Shown in pieces: positions 12,646 to 25,681 of a DNA stretch of 64,000 bases. Positions within the stretch are counted from its first letter, which is position 1. Every line of letters starts with the position of its first letter. The translations under genes were made by a program, and so were the position numbers. The notes under the pieces were generated by a model. The model did no database searches. It was not told the origin of the DNA and was given only the letters and a program-made list of their open reading frames with translations. The DNA is from Vicugna vicugna (Eukaryota), in contig MU058252.1 in the NCBI GenBank assembly GCA_013265495.1, positions 1,212,244 to 1,276,243 of the forward strand. Reading direction: 5' to 3'.

Positions 12646-13994
12646 GGGGAGTTCCAGCCAAGATGGTGCAGCAGCAGGACCACGAGCTCGCCCCATGTCA
12701 CAACTACAACAAAACCACAACTGACAGCCAAACAACCATCAGGAAAAAAAGACTGGAACCTAGCAAAGACCTTCTTCAACTAGAAACATAAAACCACAGT
12801 GGGACAGTATGAAGGGCGTGCTCGCAGTATTACCAGGCCCCATAAATCCCAGGGGGGTGATCCACAAGCCGGAGAATAAACTGCAGAGGCCCACCCACAG
12901 AGGTGAGAGTTCTTAGCCCCACGTCAGGCTCCCCAGCCCGAGTTCTGGTACCGGGAGGAGGAGGAGACCCCAGGACATCTGGTTTTGAAGGCAAGCGGGG
13001 CTTAGCTCCAGGAGCCCCACGGGACTCAGGGAAACAGACCTCACTCCCTTGGGAAGAGCATACAGAATTTCGTGAGCGCCAGGTCCAAGGGCAGAGGCAG
13101 TGACTTCATAGGAACGTGGGCCAGCCCTGCCTGCTGGTTTTGGAAGGTTTCCTGGGGAGGTGGGGGGGACGGGGGGAGAGGGGTGGCTGTGGCTCACCCA
13201 GGGGACATAAAAGCTGGTGGCTGACATTCAGGCAGTGTTCATGCACAGGAGCCATCCTAGAGGTTGACATTTTGCTTGGGTCATTAGCACCAAGACCTAG
13301 CCCCACCCAACAGCCTGTTAAGTTGTTAAGTGCTGGGAAGCCTCAGGCCAAACAACAAACTGGATGAGAACATGGCTCCACCCATCAGCAGAGTTCCTGA
13401 GCCTCTAGACAGAGCCCTGCCCACCAGAGGGCCAGGACCAAGCTCAACCTAGCAGTGGGAAGGTACTCCTCCAGCCAGGAAACCTGCACAGGCCTCATCC
13501 ACCAGGGGGGCAAATACCAGAAGCAAGAAAAGAACAATCCCAAAGCCTGGGGAAGGAATCCGAAAATGCTGGCCAAAGCCGGCTGGACCCTGGCCCATGA
13601 CAAGAGACAGGTGACAAGAGACGAGTGCACTGCTGGGACGCATAGGACGTCTCCCACAGAGGGCCCCTTCTCTCAGGTCGTGAAACGTAACTAACCTTCC
13701 TAAAAATACCAATAAAAATTTAGACAGTATGAGGCAGCAGAGGAATATACTGCAAGTAAAGGCGCAAGATAAAATCGGGGAAGAAGTAAGTGATGAGGAA
13801 ATAGGACATCTACCCAAGAAAGCGTTTAGAGTAGTGAGGTGGAGATGACCAGAGAACTCAACAGAAGAGAACAGATGCACAGAGTGAAGTTTTTAGCAAA
13901 GAAACAGAAACAGACTCAAACACAGAGAATAAACTTATGTTCACCAGGATGTAAAGGGGGTGGGAAGGGACAAACTGGGAATTCGAAATTTGCA
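12646..13994 (+). mobile_element. L1 5'UTR plus ORF1 start joined to an L1 3'UTR fragment (internally deleted L1)
   Basis: GC-richer 5'UTR starting ...caagatgg. ATG at 13729 gives MRQQRNILQVKAQDKIGEEVSDEEIGHLPKKAFRVV, L1 ORF1p N-terminus-like. From about 13900, aaacagaaacagactcaaacacagagaataaacttatg is L1 3'UTR-like. Confidence 0.75.
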
Positions 13995-14148
13995 CCTCTT
14001 GGAGAGTGACAAAAATGTCAGGTATCTTAATTGTGGTGGTGGTTTCATGGGTGTATACATCTATCAAAATTCATCAGATTGTACATCTGAAATATGCATA
14101 GTTTACTATACAGAAATTATACCACAATAAAGTTTTTTTTTAAAAAAA
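13995..14148 (+). mobile_element. Old L1M 3' terminus
   Basis: tatcttaattgtggtggtggtttcatgggtgtatacat...caataaag. Confidence 0.7.
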
Positions 14149-15857
14149 TCACTGTAGCTTCTAAGTAAATGCTAGTTGTATTTGTGACATTTTAATTTTT
14201 ATACAATGACCACAAGTTCACAGATTAGTTCAATCAATCACTAAAAAGTTTCTGTTATTAACTCATTAACATTGCAAAACTTCTGCTAAACTGTTAAAAT
14301 CTAAATTCTCCATTATTTTTTATAGCATATGGCAAGTTGTACAGAAGTCTTCTGCCCTAAAAATAACTTTGGCAAATAAAATATAATGACTTTTATTTAA
14401 GTGCATAATAAGGAAACAAAATAATTTAAATTGATCCTTTTCCCACTGTCTATATCATTTTAGAAACATCAACATGTTCTCTTAATCACATTTGCAATGG
14501 AAAATATTACACGGCATTAACTAAACTACTATGAGAAGCCCTGGAAGGTATCCAACACACTAATTTACAATATATATAAATATGTCAGGGAATAGAGGAA
14601 GGGAAATAAAACACTAACTGCATTTAAGTGAATGCTTCAAACCCATCTGTTATAATTATACAGCTAATGAAAGACATTTGGCAATGAAAGAAAATACATA
14701 CTCTCTATACAGGCTGGAATATATCTTTTTGAACAAAATAAAAAGCATTTTAAAACTGTAAAAAATGTCAAAGAATAAATTTCCACAGGGAACTTCTCTC
14801 AAGTCGGCACCCTCATATACCATGTTAGAAATCAAACATATTATAAACTAACTAACAATTACAAACCTAACTGACATTTCGGGAGAGAAAGATAAGATAA
14901 GTAGCTCTTAAATGGTTTATCAACTAATAAATTTATTTGAATCAATATTTAATATGCCCAAATAATATTTTTCAACTTTTTTTAATCATTAAAAAAAAAG
15001 AGAGGGAGAGATAAAAAAGAAAAGTGTTATCTTCTGCCATTAGTCCAAGAACACATCCAAGAAAAAACACAAAATGAGAGATCATATTGCCACCTGTAAG
15101 AGTGTGAAGAAGTTCCAAAACTTTTATTTCACTTGACTGAAATAAGAAAGGATCTCTGGAAATAAATCTATAATACAAAACAAAAGAGAGTCAACAACAT
15201 TTCAGAGATTAAGGTTAAAGATGAGTTATGAAACAGCAACAAGAAATTTAAGGATATTCCAAAGCTCCTTCAATTAATTATCAGTATTTATTCCAATTAT
15301 CAACCACAACAATGGGCTAAGTGCTCTAAGAGATATCAAATATTCTTAGTTTTCTACACACCAAGCTGTTTTTAACCTTTATCAAATTTTTCTTCTTATT
15401 AATCAGCTAGGACTCTCCCAGAATGCAATAATAAAAAATAAAAACAGAAAGTAAGAGAAAAAGGTAAAAAATGACATGGGAAATTGATCAAGAAGATCCA
15501 ATGTCTGTTTATAAAAGGTACCAAAAGGAGAGAAAACAGAAGGATTTACAATCAGAGAAATTATTTTACAAGAAAAAACTTATGGAGATAATCTAATAGT
15601 AAGAGGTATTAAGCATATAATTTCCATTTAACAGATGAGGAAGCCAAAAGACATTTTCTCTGTTCCATGGATCTCTGTATCATTACAAAAGCACTCACTC
15701 TTACAGTCACATTGCCTCCCGAAAAAGAAAACACCAGCTTCAGATTAAAATGTTTCACACACAGAAACACTGGCAAAATTTTAAGATAACAAGGATAAAG
15801 GAAAAATTCTAGGAGCTGAACAAAAAAGGAAACAGGTCATTTACAAAGACAGGTGCT

Positions 15858-15998
15858 GGGGGAGGGTATAGCTCAGTGGTGAAGCACATGCTTATTAGCA
15901 CGTACAAGGCCCTGGGTTCAATCCTCACTACCTCCATTAAAAAAAATTTTTTTTAATAAATAAATAGGGAAGGGGAGGGGAGGGAAGGGGAGGGGAAG
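15858..15998 (+). mobile_element. tRNA-Ala-derived SINE (camelid vic-1 type)
   Basis: ggggagggtatagctcagtggt (A box) ... gggttcaatcc (B box) ... acctcca, then an A-rich and G/A-rich tail. Only a short flanking repeat, caggt. Confidence 0.85.
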
Positions 15999-17211
15999 CA
16001 GGTATAGCAATATTGATCAAACAAATAGGATACAAACCAAAAAGAAGTGAGTAAGATGAAGATAAAGTTCACATTAAAATAAGTCTAACATTAGTGTAAA
16101 TTCCACCAGAAGAAAGTCATTACATTTCACATACCCAACGAATTTCCTTGACATATAAAAGTAAAGCTGAATAGAAATACATAAATAGATTTGACTTTAA
16201 CACAGCTCTCAGAAATCAAGACATTAAGTAGATATGAAATAAAGATAAAGAATTTATTAACAATGGTCAAGTTTAATTCAAACTTACACAGATACACAGA
16301 CCTCCAAATCCTAAAAACAGAGAAATACATTGGGTTCAAATGTACATAGAATTCTTTTTTAATTCACATTATATATGGCCATAAAAAAGTGCAGATTTTT
16401 TTAAAAAAGATATTTCCTAGGCCATATTCAAAAAAGCATGTGTCCTAAATCTAACACGTTAAGAATTATAAACTCACAATTGAAGGCTAAACTCCCCAAA
16501 TCTATCCACTAGAAAAACGTTATACTCCTTCAATCAAGCAGCAGATTCCTTTAAATCAAATGAAGAAACATATATTATTTCTGAAGTGATTAAGTAAGAA
16601 ACATGTCGAATCTTTGAGATACAGCAAATTTAGTTCAGAAGACAAAAATGCAACTTGAAAAAGGTAAAACTCAAGACCAAAGAATAAAAATAAGTAAAGC
16701 TAGATATAAAAACTAAGCCAGTAAGAATCAACATATAATGTATGAGATCAACCATCTCAGGAAGTAAACCCACCCTGCTACTACATTTAGGAAAATGCTA
16801 TTAATGCCATTCAGGTGTTTAGGTCTCTATCAAAAGAATCAGTGCTTGCTTTATTAAGATATACCTAAAGAAAAAAAGAACCAACTAAAATAAAAAGCAA
16901 TCTATCAAACCACTTGGTATATGAATTGGCCTGAAGCAATGAATATTGAGTGATTTGCTGTTCATCAGATGCAGTTAATAATTCTAGTTTGTACTCATTT
17001 AACATACATTTCTGACCAAAACCACTGTTTAAAACAAAAACAATACAAAAAACCCCACAATAAATAACATTACAAAATAAAAATGGGCATTCCCATGAAT
17101 GAGCTTTCTCTCCTGCTAGTATCTTCCCTTTCGGACCCAGCTCTTCACTGCTGCCACAGTAATCTTTCTAAGACACTCTGGATCAGGTCCAAACTCCTCA
17201 ATATGGCATTT

Positions 17212-17780
17212 TTGGTAGGAGGACTCCTAAAATGCCTTACCCTCCCTCCAAGGTGTTCCACCCTAATCCAGATACCATGAATATGATGAAATATCAGGCC
17301 AGGAATTACGCAATTAAGGCTGACTTTGAATTAATCAAGGAGGGACTGTTTGGTCTAATCAAATCACTCAATTCCTTAAAAGCAAAGAGTTTTCTCCTAC
17401 TGAAAGCAGAAAGGAAAGTCAGAGAAATCCAAAGCAAGTGAAGGATTCAATACATCATTGCTGTCTTTACAGATTTAAAAAAAAGCCACACAAACACCAA
17501 GGAGTGATTTCTAAGAGCTGAAGGCAAACCCAGGCCAATGGCCAATAAAGGAATGGAGACCTCAGTCCTACAACTACAGAGAACTGAATTCTGGCCTCCC
17601 CTAAGTGAGCTCAGAAGAGGATTCTTCTCTAGAGCCTCAGGGTGAACACCGGCCTGGCAGATACCTTAACTTGAACCTTGTTGAGACTCTAAACAAAGAG
17701 CATAGTTGACCCTACCCAAATGTCTGAGGGGCATTGTTTTAAGTCATTAAATTTATGGTAATTTGTTATACAGCAATAGC
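17212..17780 (+). mobile_element. MLT1-type MaLR solo LTR
   Basis: gctgactttgaattaatcaagg, ggagacctcagtcctacaac, gaactgaattctg, ttttaagtcattaaatttatggtaatttgttatacagcaatag. Confidence 0.8.
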
Positions 17781-18729
17781 TCACAAACAGAGCATTTCAA
17801 AGCCCTCTGTGGTTTGGTCTCTGTCAAGTCATTTTTTTATTTCTAAGTATTTTTTAACATTATACTTACATTACACAGTATCTTCCTTGCTCAGCGCAAT
17901 GCAGTAAATAGGGTAAATGTTTTAAACTCCATCTTAGAACTGAAGAAGCAAAACCTCAGAGAGACTATCCTAACAATCCTGAGCAAAGCATTCTGAGTCC
18001 ACAAATGTGCCCTCTACCTACTGGGTCAACAGTAAGTTCTCTAGCTGATAGAAGCACGTACAAATCAGAAGCCCTAAACAGCCCCCTAATAGTTATAATC
18101 TTAAACATAACCATAAATAAAAACATAAATAAAACTGACTACATAAAAAGTTTAACCTTCTATATGGTGAACATACACACATAGCTTAGAGAAAATCGAA
18201 TGACAAAAAGAATTTTTTTTGTTTAATAACCTGCAATTAGAATTATAAATTTCCGGTATCCTGGATATACAAAAGTAAAACTTATAAATTATAAAAATGA
18301 AGACAACTTAAAAATAAACAATGACACTTTATGCAGGGCACATAATTTACGTTTAAGACAAAAAGGTGGCTAATGAAGCATATTTAATATTCAGGATGTA
18401 GTGAGTATTGTTATTTCCCAGCAAGCAGGCCAGGTATTTAACAAGAATTACCTTATTCAAATCTCACAACCACCATTTTAGGTAGATACCACTGCTTATG
18501 ATTTTTATAAACACAGCACAAAGAGCTTAAATTCCTTGCCAACACTCACAATGCCAAGAAGAGGAACTGAAATTGAGGAGTTCATAGTTAGTTAGATATG
18601 GGGAATTAATGCAAACTCCATTAACTGAATATAGAAACATCCTGAATACTTTGTCTTGTTTACATAATCACTCTCACTTAGGTTATAAGAAAAGATAGCC
18701 ACTTTTGGTTTAGAATTCCATAAAATGTT

Positions 18730-19200
18730 AATCCACAGTGCCTACCAAAAAGAAACATACAGGAATGTCATAAAAACACAATTCATAACAGTCCCAGACT
18801 GAAAAGCCTCCAAAAGCCCAACAATAAAAATAGATAAATTATGGTACTTTCATAATAGAAATACAACAATGAGAATAAAGGAACAATTACAAGCAACAAT
18901 TTGAATGAATCTCACAACTATAATGGTGTGTGGGAAAAACAGACAGAAAACAATATTTATTGTATGAGTCCAATTAAATAAATAGGCAAGACTAATCTAC
19001 GGTGTTAGTAGTGATAACAGTGCTGGCCTTCGGGGAGGTGCAAGGAGTGACCCGAAGGAGGCATGCATGCTATGTCTGCGGTGCTATTAGTATTTGTTCC
19101 CTGATCTGATTTCAGTTTACAAGTATTAATCTTTGGGGTGGTCTAAGAAATGTACACCTACAATAAGGGTATTCTGCTATATATGTATTATTCTTTGGTA
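18730..19200 (+). mobile_element. L1M 3'UTR fragment
   Basis: attcataacagtcccagactgaaaa, gaatgaatctcacaac, tattgtatgagtcca. Confidence 0.65.
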
Positions 19201-19619
19201 AGATGGGTTTTTATTTTAGAAAATTAAAAGAATTTTAGGTAAAAACTAAACTTCTAAAGAAAAATATTTTCTTTTTGATTTCTCGTATGAAATTCTATAT
19301 AAATACTGGTACCCTACCTGAAGTGTTTCAAAAGGAGGATTAAAGTTTTTAATCCTTTTCAAGTAACTTAAGTTAACTAGGAGAACCATATGTATGTAAA
19401 CCTAATTACAAGAGATAAGGAGAGAAAAGGGATACACATTAGTACCTTGTGAACCATCCATTACTCGGTTATTCCTAAAAGCACTGAATGAAGTAGTATA
19501 CACTAGGAATCACATGTTATATTCTAACAATAAGATTAATTTTTTGAAAATTAGGGTTTTGAAAACTGAAACATTTTAATTTAACTTAAGTTTAACATGA
19601 TACTACCAGAACAAAGAAG

Positions 19620-20175
19620 AAATACCAAATCAATTGGAAAACAAAGTCCAAAATGGTAATGAACACAATTCTATCAATAATTACTATAAATGTCAATGGA
19701 CTAAGTGCTCCAGTCAAAAGACACAGAGTGGCAGACTGGATAATAAAATGAAAGCCTACAATATGCTGCCTATAAGAGACTCACTTTGAAGTGAAGGACA
19801 CACATAGGTTGAAAGTGAGAGGATGGAAAAGGATATTTCATGCAAATCGAAATTACAAGAAAACAGGAGTAGCAATACTCATATCAGACAAAATAGACTT
19901 TAAAACAAAGGCCATAAAGAAAGATAAAGAAGGACACTGTATAATGATCAAAGCAGCAATACAAGATGAGGATGTTACACTCGTTAACATATATGCACCC
20001 GATATAGAGCACCTAAGTATAAATCACAAATACTAACAGACATAAACGGAGAAATTGATGAGAATACAGTAACAGTAGGAGACTTGAACACCCTACCCAC
20101 GTCATTGGACAGGGCTTCCAGACAGAAAATCAGTAAAGCAATGGAGATACTAAACGACACAACAGAACAGTTGTG
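19620..20175 (+). mobile_element. L1 ORF2 endonuclease fragment
   Basis: Translates ILSIITINVNGLSAPVKRHRVADWI..*..ETHFEVKDTHRLKVRGWKRIFHAN...GVAILISDKIDFK...LVNIYAP with in-frame stops. Confidence 0.9.
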
Positions 20176-20789
20176 AAAAAGTAGTACGTAAATCCACACA
20201 TGGAGTCAATTCAGGTGAACCAGATTCTGGATGAATGGAATACCTGTGTCTGACTTTGGAGACCAATCTGTGTTTTTCACCTGTCTCACACAAAAAAGTG
20301 ACAAAGCAGACTTCCATTACTCTCCACTGACAAGTGAGAGCTATTGGCAAACATTATTCTCACAGAAGTATGATCAGTAAAAATATTAGTATCATAAACT
20401 AAAAAGCTCGTAGCAGCTGAATATGTATGAAAATAGTATTTACATAATCCCAGCAAATAACTCTAATAACTCAAAATATCTTCTATGTTAGTAGTAGGCT
20501 CAAAAGACGATGACAAAAAGCAATGAAAATATTACATCTCATTACTGATCTACTAAATTTGAATGTTTAATAGTAGTATAGTTATTTTGGAGTTATTTTA
20601 AATTGATGCACAAAATAAGACAATTTTTCTTCTAATAATTTTCATATAGGAAACATTAATTAAAATTTTAAAAGATACAGTTGTAGATTGTGTACGGAAA
20701 CAAAAAATTTTAAAGATATGTTACAAAGAGCTACTGAATTAAACTGAAAAATATCAATATGAACTCATACTTTTGAAAAATCTATCTTT

Positions 20790-23220
20790 TTATGTATGAT
20801 TTATTTTTGACCAAGAGTCAACATAATTCAAGGGAATAATAGCCTTTTAGAACAATGCTGGAGCAACTGAATATCCACATTGAAGGCAAAGAACCTTGAA
20901 CCTTACCTCATATTCTCATGTCATACACAAAGTTTAACTATATAAAATGGATAAATAACTTAAAGGTAACCTTGGAATATACAAAGTTTTATATAAGGCA
21001 TAATGAGCATAATCTATAAAAGAAAAAATTTACAAAGTGACAAATAACAAACTTCAAATTTAAACCCTCTGCTCTTTCAAAACACACTAAAAAAAAAAAA
21101 GGATAACAAGTCACAGATTAGGCAAAAATATTTGCAAAATCCACCTCTAATAAATGACTTCCATGTAGACGATCTAAAGGACTCTTACAACTCAAAAGTA
21201 AGGAAAAAAGGGGTGTATGGGCAGAAGATTTGAATGACACTTCACTGAGGAAGTGTTCAGCTACTTATCCAGAAATGCAAAATCAAATCCACAGTGAAGT
21301 AACACTAAACCTCAACCAGAACGGCTGAAATGTAGAAACACTGGCAATACCCAGTGCGAGCGACAATGCAGAACATCATGCTGCATAAAGTCACCAGCAA
21401 CTTTACAAATACTAGCCAAAAATGGGAAGAAATCTCTCAGCTGGTAAATGGATGGATCTCAAAATTATTATGCTAAGTACAAAAGCCAGACAGGAAAGAT
21501 TTCTGTATGATCCCACTTATACATCAGTCTAGAAAAGGCCAAAACAAACAAACAAATCCTACCGTGAGAGGAACAGACCTGTGATTGCCAGGAGCTAGCA
21601 ATGTGGGAGGGGAATGACCTGAATGGGTTATGAGAGAACTTGTTTGGGATGAAGGAAATATTCTTGACCATGATGACAGCTATAGACATGACTATACATA
21701 TTTCTCAAAATATGCTCAACAATACCCTAAGAAGGGGTGAATTATGTTGTATATGAAACATATTTTACTAAAAGAATGACTCTCACACACGAAAAAAATT
21801 TACTTATTAAGTAACGGTAGACAGGATATTATCAGAATGGCTCTCTTGGAAATAAAATTTGTAAAACCTCAATAAACTATAAAATCTAATTACTTGAAGT
21901 CATTTGTGAATAACCAAGGCTGGAATGGAAGGACATTTAACTCGTGAGGAAAAAAAAAATCACAGGCTAAGGTCAGTGTTTAAAAGGATTTCCACTAAGG
22001 CCATTTCCTAGTGCTCATGGAGGGGAGTGGTGCTAGAGCTTAAACAGAAAGCGTCCGTCTCACTGGTGTGAGCCGACAGACACAGTTCACCAAGGAGAGA
22101 AAGAGTGGAGCTGGAGGCGAAAACCTTGAAGGGCAGGAGCCAGCGAGAATAAACCAAACTGAATAAACCCTCAAATCTTTGTAATACTCCTACAGTGTAC
22201 GTCCACAGAGGGACTCTGAGCAGCTCAGGGAAAACAACAGCTGAGCCGCTGAAAGAACGGGGGACAGACTCCTACTGTCGCCAACGGCTGGGATGAAGCT
22301 GCTGGAGTGCAAGCCCAGCAGTGATAAAAGTCTCCCAGAACACACGTGACGCTGACAAAATAAGGTAATAAAGTCTGGTATCTATCAGCTAAAATTTTCA
22401 GTATACAACAAAAATTCCTAGACAGGTGAGGAAAGAAGAAAGCAGGAAAATGGGACTCACAATGAAGAACAAAATATTCCACAGAAAAATGACAAGATAA
22501 ACAAAGACTTTAAAGTAGCTACTGGGAAAATGTTCAACAGCACACAGGAGAAGGCGGTCATCACCAGGAGCAGAGTCACTGAGGAGACACGAAAATCACC
22601 AAGTAAAACCCAATGCAAATCTACACCTAAGAATTACAGTAACTTAAATAAAAATTTCAGCAGATGTGCTTAACAAGACATTGGATATGACAGAAGAAAT
22701 GGTCAGTGACCCTGCAAATAAATATTGTTTAACCATTCTGAAGAATGAAAAGTAAAGTTATTGAAAAAGTAGTTAACGAGCCTCTGTAACCTATGGGACA
22801 GTATCAAATGCACTAATACGCATGTAACAGGAGTTGCAGAGAAGAGGAGACAGAAAATGGGACAAAAAAAAACCCAAAAAGTTAAGGTCAAACTTTTCAC
22901 AGATTTGGCAAAAAAATCAACTTTACAATTTTCAGAAGCTCAGCAAACCCCAAGCAGGAAGAATACAAAGAAAATCACACGTAGGCACATCCGTCAGACT
23001 GCTGAAAACCAAAGACAATGAGAAAATCCTGAAAGCACACAGGAATAACAATACTACTGACACCTGAGTTCTCGTCAGGACCAGCAGAAGCCAGGACACA
23101 AAGCAGGAACACCTTCTGAATACTGGAGAGAAGAAAAGCACATCAATGCAGAACTACATACTCAGGAAAAAACAAAAACAAAAAATCAGAACTTTCAAAT
23201 ATGAATGCAGACTTCTCTAA
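20790..23220 (+). mobile_element. Old L1M fragments: 3' piece about 20790-21770, 5'/ORF1 piece about 21820-23220
   Basis: gatttatttttgaccaag, aatgctggagcaactgaatatccac, and ORF1-like RLLKTKDNEKILKA in ORF 22834..23067. Confidence 0.7.
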
Positions 23221-23329
23221 CTTCCAGACAAAATGGAGAAGAATCACTCCTCCCTATATGTCACTAAGTACACCTTTAGATTTCTTCCTGCCTATAGCTA
23301 CAGCTGTACCTCTAAACACTATAATTTTG

Positions 23330-25330
23330 CTTTGGACTGAATCTAAATAGAAACATACTATAGGAATTCTTTTGTGACTTGGCTTCAATTCAACGTACAT
23401 TGTAGGATTCAGCTACGTGATTCCTGTAGACGTAGCTCATGCATTTTTGTAGCTATGTAGTACGCCTTCAGAAGAATATATCATAATCTAATCTAGAAAT
23501 GTGCATTGTTTCCAGTTTATAGCTATCATTAAAAAAAAACTGCTACCGTATACATTTTCATACATGTATCCTGACACATATGTGCAAACATTTTTCCAAG
23601 GCGTTCTCTAAGATTAGTCCACACACTTCTGGGTAAACAGATCCCTGAGACCTTTTAAAGGAATATGTTAGGTCAAAGCTACATTCATAATAAGACATTA
23701 TTTATCATTTTCACTGTGTTGATATTTGTATGTGATGCAAAAACAATGGTGGGAAAACCGTGGTGCCGCTGCGGTAATCAAGACAGCGGCACCAGTTTGC
23801 ACTAGCTCTGCGACTGCAGTAAAGACAAAGCCAGTGTCATGTGAAGACGCCAAGAAGGAAGAAGTAAAGTTATTAATTTTTAAAATCTCAGTCCATGAAT
23901 ATACATCTCCTAAATAGCTGTGTGATAAAATGGGGAATACAGCATCAAGTAGCTCTGCTTCACCAAAGTATGAAGGTTTTCTTGAGGAAAGGCTCTTCTG
24001 TGATCATTTGACGGTAAACAGAAATTACTACTTTTTTATGAAACATTATTTTCACATGGAAGAAAAATTGAAAATGATAATTCAGACTTGATTATCTGAC
24101 CAATGTTTTTATCAAAAACGAAAAAAGTGAGACTGCCATTTCGAGTTGCCAAAACAATTGAGCACATTTGAGACCAATAACAAAACTTAGAGAACTTAAA
24201 TCCACCACAGTAAGCTTCACTGTTTTCCATTATTTAGACTTTTCTGATGAGATCAGGGTTGTAATAATAAATAATGAATTTTGTTATTAGTTTAAATGTG
24301 TAAATATTTAAAATATCTGCATTAATCAATGAACAAATATTTTCCAGGAGACTAATTAATAACATTATAAAATCATAGGTGGGTAAAAGATCCACTGAAA
24401 TTCCAAGATAATGTATTGTAATACTGAAGAGTAAAGAAAAGTTCACAGATAAGGTTTCAGATCCCACACTCGATCAAACCTTTAAGAAACTATTATTTGT
24501 CAACTTCTGGTGTAATATCAAGGAGGAATATTCAAAATTACCTGAGATGGTTATTAAAATAATTTTGCCTTTTCCTAATATATATATTTTGTGGCTGCAT
24601 TGCCTTCATACACTTCAACCAAAACAGCATATTTCAACTCACTGAATGCACAAGCAGGTATGAGAATTCAGCCATCTTCTATTAAGCCAGACTTAAATGT
24701 TTCAAAATAAGAATGTAAAGGTGTCCAGAGACCAAAAGTTTGAAAACATTATGTCATAAAGGTATACAAACAGGAATGAAACTGCTGGGTCATAAGAGGT
24801 GTCTCTTCAACGTTACCTGACAATTACAATCTGTTTTCCCAAATGACTGTTTCAAATTTCACTCTCTCACCAGTACAGTATAAGAGTATGATCCAAATCA
24901 AGACTACCACTTCACTACATTCACACTGAAGTTCTGCTGATCTAGTAAGATATATAATGTTCTCTCAGTGCAGTTTCAATTTGCATTTCATGACTGCTAA
25001 CGGGACTGCACCTTTTAAAGGCTTACTGGACATCCAGATTATCTGTGAGCAATTTTTTAATAAATTGCGTGTTTAAGTCATTTGCCCATTTCTCTATTGG
25101 GTTGTATTGCTCTCATTGATCTGTGGTTATTTTATACATTCTAGAAATGATTCCTTTTGTTGGGTCTTATTTGTTGCTATTATGTTCTTCCTCTATAGGG
25201 CTTGTGTTTTCATTTTTATGGTATCTTGTTAACAGAAGCTATTTTCTTAACGTACTTAAATTCTTTAATATTTTACTTCATGGTCAGTGCTTTCTGTACC
25301 TTAAGAATTCCTTTGCAAATGTGTGCTCCT
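23330..25330 (-). mobile_element. Old L1M 3' region in gene-sense orientation, split by Charlie1
   Basis: ttgtttccagtttatagctat, aactgctgggtcata, tttcaatttgcatttc and tttgcccatttctctattgggttg are reverse-complement L1 3' motifs. Confidence 0.65.
23598..24752. mobile_element. Charlie1-type internally deleted hAT transposon inserted in an old L1 3' region
   Basis: Ends resemble Charlie1 (tccctgagacctttt...ggtcaaagctacattcataataagac and tccagagaccaaaagtttgaaaac). Internal gatgcaaaaacaatggtgggaaaacc and atgagaattcagccatcttctattaagccagac resemble transposase sequence. Confidence 0.7.
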
Positions 25331-25681
25331 GGATTATCTCTTCAAAATTTTATGTGGAAATGCAAAAAGCCAAAAAGCACTCAAAGATATTTAACTATTC
25401 TTTGTTCCTTCTCTTGAATTTCAGTGATATGGTTTACTGGTATGTCTGGTAATTTCAGATGTATTGCTAAAAATGTTTTTAAACTATAGAGATATTTTGA
25501 GGCACTAGGTGAATTATTCTCCACTAGAGAGAACTCAGTATTTTCGCAGACAGGCACATAGGCTGGTTAGAGAAGATCACTTTAATTCAATATACAAATG
25601 AGCTGCTTTGAAGCTGGGTTCCGTGTCTTTGCAGAGACATTTTTTTTCCCCATAGTTTTCCCTAATTTTGAGGGTGTAGCC

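Noticed and set aside
12592..13880. Cluster of overlapping ORFs (up to 143 aa) suggesting a gene
   Set aside because: They arise from the GC-rich L1 5'UTR, which is poor in stop codons. No recognisable protein apart from the ORF1 start.
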